NCBI GenBank assembly: GCA_010405405.1
Contig: MU004230.1
Location: 3,955,119 to 4,019,118 of the forward strand
DNA length: 64,000 nt
Source: Microthyrium microscopicum
Taxonomy: Eukaryota
Direction: 5' to 3'
Shown here: positions 13,028 through 26,664 of the stretch, in pieces
Layout of the letters: the number at the start of each line of letters is the position of its first letter
Numbering within the stretch: position 1 is the first letter of the stretch
Translations under genes and position numbers: made by a program
Notes under the pieces: generated by a model
What the model was told of the DNA's origin: nothing
Seen by the model: only the letters and a program-made list of their open reading frames with translations
Database searches by the model: none

Positions 13028-16000
13028 TTACTTTCCACCCAACAATCCACCAACAAGCGGCAGACTACCCATTCCACCTCCCTTCTTCTTCTCCTTCTTG
13101 CCACCACCAAGCATATCTGTCACACTGCCTAGACCTAGTCCACCAAGGAGTTTGTCAATACCCAAGCCTCCAAGTAGGCCGTTCACTAGACCACCAAGAC
13201 CAAGAGCATTGAGGAGCTTGCCAACCAGTCCGAGAACACCAGATAGCAACAGACCGACGGCGGCGATGATCTGGAAGAGTGGCTCGGTGAGAAGAGCCCA
13301 CAATGGGTTGAGCTTCTTCTTTGCGTGTGGCATATCTTGAAGCTTCTTCTTGGCGTTGTCGATGGTAGTGACGACTGATGTTGTGAGCTCCTTGAGTAGA
13401 TCTGCAAGGCGATACTCTTCTGGTGTAGCTTCTCTTGTTGCAGCACGGCCCTTGGCTTGTTGTGCGATGCGACCATCGGGATCAAGACCACGGAGAGAGC
13501 CATTACACTCTTGGAGGATACGACTACCTTCCTCGATGAGGGGTTTGACATTGTTGACGAGCTCTTCTTCATCAAGCTCGTCCTTTGGTGTACGATCAGC
13601 TTGTTCGATGTACTAGAGACCTGTTAGTTGATTGTAAAGTGAATACAAAGTGATTAATCGTACCTCAGTGATCTGTTTCATGACTGGCTGCACACGCTCA
13701 AGTGTTTGTTGGCAGATATTGCCCATCTTGTCAGCGAGCTCAGCATCTTCCCGCTTGTGCTTCTCCTCTTCGCTCTCATCCTCATCCACTTCCTCTTCAA
13801 CGATGTTCTCGAGAAGAGTAGCTTCACCGACGCGGTTACCGTCATTGTCAACAACGTAACCGTTGTCGTCAATCTCAAGGCCGATGCAGCGACCAAGATC
13901 ACCAGCAGTGAGGCGGCCGATGACATCTCCGTTCTCATCACGGATTTCACCCTCCTTGTTGACGTGGCGGCCAGACATGGGGTTGATCTTGCGCTCCTTC
14001 TCTTCTGGCTCCCAACGTTCAGCCTTGCCAATGGAGTTGCCATTCTTGTCAGTGATGTCACCGTCTTCGTCGACCTTGTGACCAACAAGCTTCTTGACAT
14101 CACCTTCAATGACGCGGCCGATGATGGTACCGTCGGCGGTTTGGACTGTGCCGTCTTTGGCAACAGTGTTACTGTCGAAGCCTGCAAATGGACCTTCTGG
14201 AGATGTATCTTGTCCAGAGACCAATTCAGCCTTGCCGATAACATTTCCGGAGTTGTCCCAGATTTGTCCTTGGCCATCGACCTTTCGGCCAATCATGTTC
14301 TTGAGTTCGCCCTCAGATACACGACCAACGACGGCGCCAGAGCTGTCAACGACATTTCCAGCCTTGTTGACGGTGCAGCCTGCAAGAGCAGAGAGGTCGA
14401 CTTCTGGAGTATCTTCCTCCTCGTATGGCTCAGCATGGCCCTTGACGTTGCCGTACTTGTCGATGATGTCTCCATCTTCGTCAACGGCATGGCCTACAAG
14501 GCGCTTGGCATTACCTTCGGTGAGAACACCGACGACATTGCCATCTTCATCCTCGACCTTGCCATCCTTGACAACACGGAGACCTTCGTATCCAGCGAAT
14601 GGACCTTCAGCCTTGGCGACGCGCTCGTTCTCTGGGATGAGTTCGCAACGACCGACTTGCTTTCCAGTGTCGTTGAAAATGAGGCCGTTCTCGTCACAGC
14701 GGCGGCCAGCGAGGTCTTTGGCATTGCCTTCGACGAGGCGACCGATTGGTACACCTTCATCTCCGATGACGTTGCCTTGTTTGTTGAGGATCTTGCCAGC
14801 GAGGATTGAGAGATCAGCTTTCTCTTCCTCAGCTTCTGGAACTTCTTCCTCCTCGTAGCGCTCAGCGTGACCGACAACTGATCCGCGCTTGTCGATGATA
14901 TCTCCGTCTTCATCAACGGCTCGGCCAACGAGTTTCTTGGCATCACCCTCTGTGACCACACCAACAACGTTGCCGTTCTCATCTTCGACATATCCGTCCT
15001 TGTTGACGATGAGACCCTCGAGGCCAGCGAAAGCGCCCTCCTCATCAGGGTCTTCAGCCGCAACAGTCTTGGCGCGACCAATGACATGGCCCTTGTTATC
15101 CCAGAATTGGCCTTGGTCGTCGGCTTGGGTGCCGAGCTTGGATAGCTTCTTGGCATCGCCTTCGACGAGTTCACCCACAATGACACCGTCGCTGTTGATA
15201 AGCTTGCCTGCCTTGTTGACCTTGAGACCTTCGAGAATGGATAGAGGTGGAAGATCATCACCCTCCTCGCCTTCCTCAGCACCCTCTTCCTTGGCTTCTT
15301 CGCCTTCGACACCTTCAGCGCCTTCTTCAGCGCCCTCCTCTTCAGGGTTCTCTCCGGCTTGAGGAAGAGTCTTGACGCGGCCGATAACATTGCCTTTCTT
15401 GTCGAGGACTTCACCCTTCTCATTACATTTTTGGCCAGCACACTTCTCAATGTCACCATCAACAAGTTCGCCAATGACGTCGCCGTCCTCGTTGAGAATC
15501 TGGCCCTTCTTGTTGACCTTGAGGCCTTCAAGAACGTCGAGACCAGGTGTATATTGGTTGGCCTCTTCTTCGACATCGGCAAGCTCCTTCATAGCTTCGT
15601 CGGCGGCTTCACCAGGGATGACCTTGACGCGACCAATGACGTTGCCGCTCTTGTCGAGGACTTCGCCCTTCTCGTTGACCTTCTTGCCAGCGCACTCAGC
15701 AATGTCGCCGTCAACAAGTTCACCAAGTTCTTCACCGTCAGAGTTAAGAATCTTGCCCTTCTTGTTGACCTTGAGGCCGTCCAAGATGCGCAGGTCAGGT
15801 AGACCACGAGCGAGAATTTCTTGGGCGCCTTCAGCGAGTTCGACCTTGCCAATGACGTTGCCTTCTTCATCGAGGACTTCTCCTTGGTCGTTGATGGTCA
15901 TGCCCTTGACTTGGTCGATGTCACCTTCAGCAAGGTTGCCAATGACATTTCCTTCTTGGTCAAGAACATCTCCATCGCTGTTGATTTCGTGGCCCTCGAG

Positions 16001-17263
16001 GGCTTCAATGCCTGGGAGTTCGGCATCGATGGCTTCGCCTTGCTCGTCGACGGCATCTTCGGCACCGTCAACGGCTTCGCCAGCTTCGTCTTGGGCTCCT
16101 TCGGCACCATCTTCAAGGTCTTCGCCGGCGCCGTCGACTTCATCGCCAACATCTTCGCCAGCGTCTTCGGCGTCTTCTTCGAAGCCGTCAATGTATTGGC
16201 CGGCATCGGGGTGTACTTGAGCGCGACCAATGACGTTGCCGTCGTCATCGAGGAACTCGCCCTTCTCGTTGAGGGTACGGCCCATGAGTTCATGTGGGTC
16301 ACCTTCAGTCAATTGACCAATAGTGTCGCCATCGTCGTTGAGGATATTGCCAGTAGCGTCAACAGTGAGACCTTTGAGGACTTCAAGACCTGGGACATTT
16401 GATGCGGCGCCCTCAGCCTTGCTCTTGGCCTCGTCGAGGAGCTCTTTGGCCTTCTCGGGAAGAAGTTCGCAACGACCGACAAGATCGCCGTCATCGTCTA
16501 GGATTTCGCCGTCATCGCCAATAGTGTATCCAGCAAGATCTTCAGCGTCACCTTCGACTAAGTGGCCAATGGCATTGCCTTCACTGTCGTGAATGAGACC
16601 TTCGTCATCGACCTCGAGGCCAGTGAGAAGTTCGACGCCAGGTACATCAGGGAGTTCTTGGCCAGTAGCATCTTCAGCAGTGTCCTTGACACCTTCAGCA
16701 GCGTCGCCAGCAGTTTCGCCAGCATCGTCGACTGTGCCCGTAGCCTCTTCTTTGACGCCTTCGAGGTCACCTTTGCCGAGTTTGCCAGCAGCACCAGCTC
16801 CACGGCTCGCAAGGTTCTTTGCGCCGCCAGCGAGACTTGAGCCGGTCTTCTTCACGCCTTCGGTAGCGTCTTCTGTGTCGTCCGCGTCCTCGGAGATGGC
16901 AGTGTCGCCAGCCTTTTCGGTCGCATCGTCGTCTTCTTCATCCTCCTCGGGCTCTTCGTCTTCTCCTTCTGTGGCACCGCCAGTAGCCTCCTCTACATCT
17001 TCTTCTGGTTCGGGGGCCTTTTCTTCTAGATCCTTGGGAGCATTCGATACCTTGGATCCGACATTTGATGGTGCGTCCTCGGCTTGCTCCTTAGTGTCCT
17101 CGACATCGTCTTCGACGTCAGGTTTTTGGGTTTTGGGTGCTTGTGGTGTGGATGGTGTTTTTGATGATTGGCCTCTTGAGCCAGATGCTGCTTGCTGTGG
17201 CTTGCGAGCGAGCTTTGTGGGAGTTTTGGGGTTGGCCTTGCCAGCTGCGGGTGAGGGAGCCAT
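13028..17263 (-). CDS. Large acidic DUF3659-repeat protein (often annotated 'LEA domain protein')
   Basis: Many repeats of LEGLKVNKKGxIxxxDGxxIGELVEGD; intron 13613-13663 joins in frame to a helical, Gly/Leu-rich hydrophobic C-terminus ending at 13028. An alternative in-frame ATG lies at 17392. Confidence 0.85.
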
Positions 17264-19907
17264 GTTTGGATTTTTGCGTTTGCGGGAAGGGGGAGTAGGG
17301 GAAGCGTCTCTTTCAGCGCGAGATGATGAGGGAGTTGGAGAGATTCGAGATGGTGTAGGTGGGAATGAGTAGAACTGATACCGACTTGACATATAATGTT
17401 GGTCACAGTCGAGTTTTAGCGAACTGGAGATCCAATTGGCATTTACAGAGGTTTATGGTGTTGTGTTTTACAGAGAGTTGAGGTGTAAAAAGGGATAATG
17501 GATTGAAGAGATGTTAGTGGTAGAAGATATCTCCTAGATATATCTGGGCATCATGGTACATGAATCTAGAGAAATACTACGATTACATCATAACCCACAA
17601 GGCTGGCAAGGCCCGTCAGTGGCCAACATACATGTTCTTGCAAAGTTGCTAGGCTGGAAAAGTTGCGTCGACTGTGAGTCTGTGACACTGGATAAAGTTG
17701 GAAGAAGGCAGGATGTCACAGACCTGAGTGGAACCCCAGCACAACCATGATACATCAGCCTTGCGAGACAAGTTGTTGAGAAATTCTAGGCCAGAGCACG
17801 CAGAGTACTTGAAAAGCAGCCAGGGGTTTGATAGAGAATGATGTCGTCCTTTGGCCAGGTGGAAACAATGAGAGCGTTGGAACGCCTCTCTGGCAGTCTT
17901 CTGCGAGAAATCCTGGCCATAATCCTGGTATGCATCCTGGCATTGCGGCATTGTCTAGCATCTTGATCCTTGGAAAAACACCAACACCAAAAAGGGTCAA
18001 AGTGCTGATCCTATACGCAGCACTGCAGCTTGACGTCAGGAATGTTGCACTGGAACCAATAATTAACCGGAAAGTAAACACCAAGTTGCTCGTTTCGATT
18101 GAATCGACGGGGATAATTGAGTAAACTGGGGTAAACTCGACGTCTCAGACAAAGCCCATTCGTATGCGCCGCTTTGGGGCTGCTCTTGAAGGACCGAATC
18201 TGGTACCCCTGGTCAGGATGGGGCAAACTGGAACATACTCCGTAGTGACCTTGCTGCATGGAGAAGTGCAATCAGTGCAGGCACATCTGGTGTTCGATAA
18301 GTCGATATAAAATAGTTGGCATTCTCGCGAACATGTCGTTGACTAGTAGCTTTACCCCATATTTGGGAATGGACTGCAAGTACCTATCAGTCAACTGGCA
18401 GCAGCTCTACAAGCCAACGGTCGCGGCCGCTTGTCATGCCCACGTTGACGGAGGACTAGTGTCAGTGGCCACGAGGAAACGTCGGAAACTTGGCAATTCA
18501 TTTGTCGGGAAAGTAGCAGAAAGTACCGACTGACGCAAAGCTAAGGGATATTTAGCAGTGGTCACTGGTGGGAGGGGCTGGTGGTGGACTGGTGGACTGG
18601 TGGAGGAGAAATGGTTGGAGCTCTGCCAGCTTCGAGCTCGTGAGCTCAATCTTGGTGGAGATCAGCGGTGACATCATCAAGATCAGCCAAAAGTGTTGTG
18701 CCTCGCGAACGTGCTGATCGACGATGCCACTCTGCCCATCCAGCATCTGGACATCGCCAAGTACTTCTCCTCTTTCTCATTTAAAAAATCTCATGCGATT
18801 TCCTGCTGCTTAATTTCTGGTCTTGTCATTCATTGGTTTTCAGGAACGGTAGATTCACTGCTGCTTGGTGGAAAATCCACACTAGTTTTCAGCCTTGCAC
18901 GCTGTCATTGGTCAATTGAGAACAAGATAGCCTCAGCTGCTAGAAATTAGAACCATTTTCAGGAACCGAAGTACTAGTATCCGCTTCGGGGATTGAGGAG
19001 GGCATATTTGGTCCCTCAAATTATATTTAGACTCTGCGTGAGCATGTGGTTACAGGCTTTCAAAAGCTGCTGACAGCCTCCGTAAACTTCCTATATACCT
19101 TACCTACATGCTCCCGCGGGTAGTACACTCTTTCATTTCTATTCTAAGTTTCCATCTTAGATATTTCCCTTTTAACTAAATCTTTGGCCTTGATCCTTGG
19201 CTTGCACACCCTGATGAAGATCGAGAAATTGGACAGTTCCACTATGATTTTGTTGGCGAGGTCCACTGTTCCCCAGATTGGTACACCATGAAAGTACAGC
19301 TTTATCTGCCCAAAGAATCCAAGTCAAGAAAATCATAATCTTCTTTTCTTTCAAGATCATTCAAGAAGTTCTCTTCACGCAGGCATTCTTTATAGCGTAT
19401 TTCTAGTTGTGGAATCAGAGATAAATGGCAGTCATCACCGCGTACCTTGATCTCGAAGAGCCCGACGAATACGGCAAATACACATGCCTTTGGGGAATTG
19501 CGGTTGCCCAGCTGTGAATACAATAGAACATGAGGCTATCAGGCTCCATTTACCCACCCATTGGTTTGGACTATCGTTTATCGACCCAAACCTCCCCAGA
19601 CCCCGCTTCAGCTATGTAGATATATCTCTCTCTTCCGTCCTGTGCGTCCATTTCTCTGTCCTCTTTCTTCTTTGGCGCCATCTCCAACATGTTGGGACTT
19701 TTCTCTTCCTCGAAGGAGCTTCCTTATAACCACCCTTCAAGACAGGTTAGGTCTTTTGCCGTTTATGGCAAAGACCTTGAGTTTCCTGCCTTCACAACTT
19801 ATCCTCAGCAAGATCATCGTGAGTCTGAAGAGAGAATCAGAATCGCATCAGTAATTGATATTCGTGCTACGCCATGGAATAATGTGATCCGGGCCAATCT
19901 TCACAAA

Positions 19908-20600
19908 ATGGAAGCTACCAGTCTTCCTTCTCTAGCGTGAGTTTCCCTTCTGCTTGACATACTTCCAGGTCTTTCTTGATTGAGGACCGTCATCTACCCA
20001 TCACGGTGAACTCTCTGCCTACTATATCGCTGCCACTATTGTCCACAACCTAAACCTGTACACTAACAACAAGCCAGTGCGTCACCCCAAGAAGTGCGCG
20101 AGTTCCTCTACTTCATTCTCGCCAACCAAACATGGTCCAAGATCCCTGATGACATTCCCCAAGAAATCTGCTCCACCCTCATGGTCTGGAAATGGAACGG
20201 CAAGAAACTTCGTCAACTCGATACCATTCGCAAAGGCCGCCTTTGCCCACCCAAGTGGACCGATGTATATGGTTATGTTCACAACATCTCCAGCTGGAAC
20301 CGAGCACGCATTGAAAGCCGCATCAGAACAGTTGTGGGTAAGCTCGTTAAATTAGAAGAGATAGCTCAGGCCAGAACGATAGTGTGCGAGAAGGAGGGTG
20401 CGGGAGCCAAGGTCAAGGTAAGTCGTTGATGGTTGCTGGTGTATGGAGCGGAGTGCTAATATGATCTTCAGAGTAAGGGCTGGAAACGGTTCTTCTGCTT
20501 TGGTGATGAGTTTGATGTCATTGAGGATACGGCGAGTGCTAGCTCTTGCTCTGTTAGGACTTCATCCTTGTGTGATGAGAAGAGAGCGCTTTACACTTAG
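19908..20600 (+). CDS. Hypothetical protein
   Basis: Three phase-compatible exons (introns ~19937-20077 and 20418-20471 with GTGAGT/GTAAGT donors and CTAAC/CTAAT branch points): MEATSLPSLAASPQEVREFLYFIL...ALYT*. Confidence 0.6.
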
Positions 20601-20815
20601 TAAGTTTGGGCTTGAGAAAGCAGCAACTTGCTCAGCGCACCTCACATGGAAAGTATCAACCTGAGCTGATTGTGGGGGAAGCCACTACGGGGTGAGAGGT
20701 CTTCTTTCGAACATTATTACAAATTAATGCCTACTACTGTCTGTAATAATCTAGCAATGCCTCATCTCAGCCTTATCGTACATTACTCCTCAGTCTCACG
20801 GGACCATGAAAGCAT

Positions 20816-21363
20816 CTAGCTTCTCGACGGTAGCTTTCTCCATTTTAATCCACCCGCGGGCTTCTTAACGACGTTTCGTGCAGGTGCTCCAACGATTGTT
20901 GGAGCCACACAATCCATCTCCGTCAGATATCCAAATCCCTTCCCATATTCTTCGATCAAGTTAACAATCCCTGCCGGCGCAGATGCTGAGATGCCACTAT
21001 CGTCTGTTAGCGGGGTGCCCATTCAAAAGAAACGAAATATCGATCTTACCGAAAGCTTGTTGACGGTACAGTCAGATTACTCCTAATCACTCCACCCGAG
21101 CCCTGTATAGCGCCCAGAACCATAGACATGACCAGCGGCGGAGTCGTAGCCGGCGTACTCGTCCAAAAAATAAACGGCTTCAAGTCCAGACCGCCCGTTG
21201 AAGTAGCATTGAAAACAGCCGCCTTCCCACCGCTGCTGCAGGAGGCTATTGACGGGCCAGTCGCTATTGACGGCAAAGTAGCAGGTTTGGCCGGTTCCAA
21301 GGGCATACCGATGGCCGATGCCAGTGCTGTAGAAGCAAATAAAAACATCGATAGTGACTTCAT
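20816..21363 (-). CDS. Small secreted hypothetical protein
   Basis: Signal-peptide-like MKSLSMFLFASTALASAIG; canonical intron 20997-21049 joins the two ORFs in frame; two Cys. Confidence 0.7.
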
Positions 21364-22136
21364 GGCGATATGTTTGGGGATGTGCAGATTGGTCGGAATT
21401 ATTTTTGAGTAGAAGATCGGCCAGATGTATGTACAGCTGTGCAGCTACCTTATATTAATCGAATTTACCCATTACTCGGAAGGACATGGTATCGGAAAAT
21501 ATTTAAAGTTCCCACGATATCGTTTGACGTGTGCATCCCCTGTTTCGATGGTTCAAGTAATTGTGCTGTTTTGAAACTTGTTGAAACATTAACCTGCGCC
21601 AAACCAACAGACTCGCAGATCATACTTACTCGGAGAGACCTCGTTAAATAGAAGCCCGTGGCACTCGATAAGAAACTTTGAGAACTTCTGGATGATAATC
21701 TGATCAAACCGTTTCAAACTCCAAGACGGAGGATTTCGGACGGCTTGGCCATGCAAAACCCTAGATCTGATTTTCAGGAGTTCTCGTGATGTGGTATCTT
21801 GCCAGCCGGATGATTCTCTAATAGTAAAAACCGACGCGACTAGGAAGTCTGAGAAATATCTTGATTGCCCATCCCAAGAATCACTATGCTCCAATCACTA
21901 AATATAAATACAAAGCAAAGAAACCCAGAGAACCACCACCAGCTCTCCTTCCAAGAATTAAGGGCATGACAATCTCGATAGAACGCAAGAGAAATCGTTT
22001 GTCGTCAGTCGTGAAAAATCATATGCAACCGAAGAAGCAAAATCGCAGCAATAGAAAACAATAAGCCCCGTTGCCGAAAAACCTTCCCAATGCTCGCATT
22101 ATTATCAGCCTAGTCAAGAGCAACTTTTTCACCTCA

Positions 22137-24481
22137 TCACAACCACTGTTCCACCTTAGCACTTCTACTCATCGGCTTATGTAGCTCGTCAAAGCCAAGC
22201 TTGAGGTCGAAGTTGGGAGCGTCTAGGACGGGTGGTGCCTCCTGCTTTTTCATCGGGCTTCTCTTTGGACTGGCATACGTCTCCATTCGCGGGCCCATAC
22301 GGACATCACGAACTGGCCAGCCGTCGGCCACGGCGGCGGCCACCCAAGTCCGTAGTCCATCATGGACGCAATCGTAGAATTTCTCTTTGCAGGTTCGTAG
22401 AGTAGATCCCATGACTTTCTCCCATCCACTAGCTTGCATCTCGCGCCGAAGTTCATTGCGCTCCTGCTTTGTAGGTAGCGCAGCAATCAGGCCATTCATC
22501 AGGTCCAGATGACCAGCCACATAGTTAGTCGCGTCCCACTCAACACCACCAACGTATGGAGCCGCAGGCACAGGTGGTCGCGGTCGAGGGAAGTACAAGT
22601 CCAGATATTCTTGCGCAGATAGATCAGTCTCTAGCTTGGACACATCGAAATCCTTGGTCGCTCCCTTGACATGAGCTGGAAGTGCAACCACGTTGAGATT
22701 GTGGAGGAAAATCCAGAATACCTCTTTGGTGACATTTGACACTTCCCGATGCCAAACCTTGTAAGGCCTAGCTTGGTGCATTTCGAGAATGAATGGGACC
22801 GGTCGTTTGTCTTCTGGAGGCATGGGATCGGACACGTAGGACAAGATGTCTTTGGCGCGAGCGTACAAGGCTTTTTGGTCTTTGGAGCATGCATTGAGAT
22901 GTGCGACGAGAATGTTGATAACTATTCCGCGGGTGGTGAATTCGCTGGGTCCCTTGTGTTCTGGATCGAAGAGCATGCTAAGAAGAGCTGGGAACAGTGT
23001 CTTTTCGATGTCACATAGTTTTTGTAAGGCGCTGTCGGTGGTGCATAAGGCCTTTAAGCAGAGAAGAGTCTCGTGCAGCAGCTGGTCTTCGTGGTCCTCC
23101 CTGTATGAAGTCAATTTTGATGTACAATAGAGATGAGTGTGTGTAGCTTACCGCCATTCCACCTCCATAATGCGATGGAGGAGGTCCACAATTTCCATCA
23201 TACCACCCATTTTAACGAAGGATTCAACCCAAGTGACCGTCTCATTGCGAAGAAGTTGTCGGAGTTTGTGCACTTTTCCGACCAGAACCTTTTGAGGCTT
23301 TTGTTCGGAACGAAGATACGTCACGAACTCTTCGGGCGTAGCAGATTTTCCACCATCCATAGAAGGTCGACTCAGCGACACAGTTGAGGAGGACTTGGGC
23401 AACCAGACATTCTTGCCGGAAACATGTGTGTCACTGGGGGTTTCTCCCTTTGCCTTCTTTGTCCCAGACTTGCTGAATGTAAATGTCTTGCTTCGCGCTC
23501 GTGATCGTTTTGTAAACTTCTTTTGTTCTGAAGTTTGAGTCTTCGTATCAAGGGATTCGTCTGAAACATGGCCGCTAGCCACCGGCTTATCTTTTGTTGA
23601 ACCTGGAGCAGATTTGGACTTGCTCATAGCAGCGAAATCGATGTCGTTAGATTTGATGAGCTCGGCCTTGACACTTGGCTTCAGGGAACGTAAATTGCTT
23701 CGCATGTTGGCAGGAATGTTTCGAGATTGCTGTTAAGCTGTTAGCTTGGTTATGAGATCCGAGTGATTCAAGTTACCAATAGAGCTTCAAAAGCACTCTC
23801 AATCTGCTTTGGATCCAAGGCTTTCTCGGAATTATCGTCACTTTTGCCATTAAATGCAGCGACCAGTCCCATGACTCTAGAGCCCTTCTTGGCCATGGTG
23901 AACAAGTCTCTTGATGCAGATCGAGTGGCTTTTGCGACCTTTTCAGCGCCTCCTTCTGGCTTGAGTGGTACTTTGGAAGTATTTGTCGTTGGGTGAACAG
24001 CCTGCGTCGACTTTGACCTCTCTTGCACATTTTCACCAGTAGCCTTACGATTCAAAGCCTCAAACACAGTCATACTCGATTGACTACGCTCAAGTACAGA
24101 TGATTTTGGGCGTTCTCGTCGACCCAAGGTCGGTCGTTCGGTGTCAAAGGTACGTTGTTTAGAGGGCGAATAGTCTCGTGGGGTGTATAAGTTGATTTCC
24201 TGCTCAACTGTTCGGTCATTGAGGGGAATTTTCGATGCCGGAATGAGTTGTGATTTTGGACGTTGATTCGCTGGACGTATTGCGGTGCTCAATTCTGACC
24301 AAATTGGCGTGCTTAATGGAGGAGTGGAAGAATTCGCAGTAGAAGGTGGGGTAGTGTTTTCCTTGCCCTTAACTGGGGCCTTGGAGCTCGAGTTTGGGAT
24401 GATAGATTTGAAGATAGATGTGGAGGACTTGTTCCGCTTGTGACCTTGAGGTCGAAAGCCGGCCTTGGAGGCAAAGTCCAT
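22137..24481 (-). CDS. Formin GTPase-binding/FH3 armadillo domain protein without FH2 (Rid1-like)
   Basis: IESAFEALL..NIPANMRSNLRSL, KLRQLLRNETVTWVESF, EWREDHEDQLLHETLLCLKALCTT and PYVGGVEWDATNY; introns 23730-23776 and 23101-23151. Confidence 0.82.
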
Positions 24482-25215
24482 TTTGTAAACAGTTCAATAT
24501 AGATGATTAATGCTGCAGGTTCAAGGATAGAAGGACAAAACAGAGTTGAAACACCAGAGCCTGACAATACAAAGTACTGGAGCAAGATAATGGTGGGAGA
24601 CAGTGGCAACAAGCTTGAAATTAAGGCAATCGTGATAATCTCAAAGTCGAGATTGTTTGAATCTGGTTGCATAGCAACGGGAGGCAGGAGCAACGCACTA
24701 AAATGCAGGTGGGGTGGGGAAGCGCCACGTTGTCCCTTGTTCCAAACTAGCAAAATAGCTTGCCCTTTACTCTCAACTCTTCAACTGTTGCTTACGGTCC
24801 ATCTACAGTGATCTCGTTTGAGTAATTCGACTAGCCTCAACTTGTACTCAAGCGGATAGTAAGACAGCAATAAAAGCCAGAATGCGTATTATAATCTCAA
24901 GAGGCAGCTATCAATAGTCGCTCTGTCTTCTGTTCGCTTGAGGACGGTTACTTTGCGAATGTCTCACCCACGTGTGCCAAGAAACGCCACGCGGAACGGG
25001 CCGTGGTAGCATCTCAACGTTCACGCGAAGCTCAACAACAGTTCGTCTTGCATGAGCTCTCCCATGATCTTCTCGAACGTTTGGCTCGTGATTTTGCCCA
25101 TTTGTCCCTATATTCATCTTCTTATTACTCGTCTATAAGAGAGCTCACTTGCTCTGCCTCATTTCGCTCTCTGTTGTTTTGTATTCGCTAGTTACCACCC
25201 AGTCTCCTGTTGACC

Positions 25216-26255
25216 ATGAGATCTCTTGGAAGCTTCCTCCTGAACACCGGGCAGGTTTTGCTCGGTTTCAAGAACTCCACCTCCACATCCACGACTCAGC
25301 TAGGAACAGGCCGGGCTCAAAGCTGTCCAGCTAACCCTCCTCTAAGTTGTTCGACGGGCTTGTCTGCTCTCGAAGATGACTCTTGCTGTCTGAATTATCC
25401 TGGCGGTCAGTTTGCGCAGACACAATTCTGGAACTCAGATCCGCATAGAGGAACACCTGGCTACCTTGGCCCCGAGAAGAGCTGGACCATCCATGGTCTA
25501 TGGTAATGCCGCAGCTCCAGTTTATTATTGCCCAGGCTCACCTATCTTAGGCCTGATCACTGCAACGGTCGATATGATTCCGTCTGCGATTGTGACCGCA
25601 GCGGCGATTGCAGCAGCCGGAATTACAAATGTCGTGGAGACGCATGTAATCGCGACTATTCGAGTATTTCAGCCATTATGGAGAAGTTCGAGCAACAAGA
25701 ACTACATCAATTCATGCAACAGTATTGGAAAGGCAATCAGGGCGATGAGAGCCTGCATCAACATGAGGTAATAGGGACATGTTTCTCCAAATAAATTTAC
25801 TAATCAAAGCATAGTGGAGCAAGCACGGAACCTGCATCAATACTCTAGAGCCGAAATGCTATGATGGCTATGTTGCGGCACAAGAAGTCGTCGATTATTT
25901 TAGAGTTGCTGTAGATTTATTCAAGCAGCTTCCAACTTACGAGGCAAGTCTCACATTTCTCATTGGAAAGTTTCTGACTAACAGCAAACAGTGGCTGGCC
26001 AAGGCGGACATTGTTCCCACGCTTGCTAGAACATATAATCGAGATGAGATCCTAGCAGCTTTGCATCTACCACGCGGCGTAAGTGCTGTCATTGGATGTC
26101 AAGGGGCAGAATTACGTGAAGTTTGGTACTTCTTTAACGTTCGTGGCTCACTCCAAAATGGCCAATTCGTGGCATCGAGACCAGACTTTTCTGGAACCAA
26201 CGGACCAGGGAAGTCCTGTCCGCTGCAAGTGAGATACTTGCCCAAAGATATCTAG
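25216..26255 (+). CDS. Ribonuclease T2 family
   Basis: CAS I WTIHGLW|PD and CAS II HE|WSKHGTC; introns 25503-25550, 25768-25814 and 25944-25991 (GC-AG). Confidence 0.95.
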
Positions 26256-26664
26256 CTTACATTTCATCGTGTATATGCTGTTTGTACTATTAGGCACTTG
26301 CTAGAAGAATGCAAAGTCCTACCATAAATAAGGAGAAGAACTCTTCAATTGTTCGAGTAAATGTTCGTCTTTGAAAATTGCAGATACCTAGGGAATATAC
26401 TCAGCTTCTCCACCAACATCGCAGCCGAACCTAGGTATATAAAGAAGCCAAGACCATCTCGTCCTTTTCTTGGCTCATATCTCAGCAATGGGTTAAATTG
26501 TATGACACCATTCAGAAAAGTCAAAAATCAAAAGCCCATCTATCCAGCAAGGTATACAGCGATGACAGGTATACAGTGATGATACACTGACCCAGATGAA
26601 ACATGTGCGCCAAAAAAAAAAGCGATTGCCATGTGCCCCAAAGCAAACCATAAATCATAAACTC

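Noticed and set aside
13650..17372. Many long antisense and alternate-frame ORFs over the DUF3659 gene
   Set aside because: Expected shadows of a repetitive, codon-biased CDS; no independent motifs.
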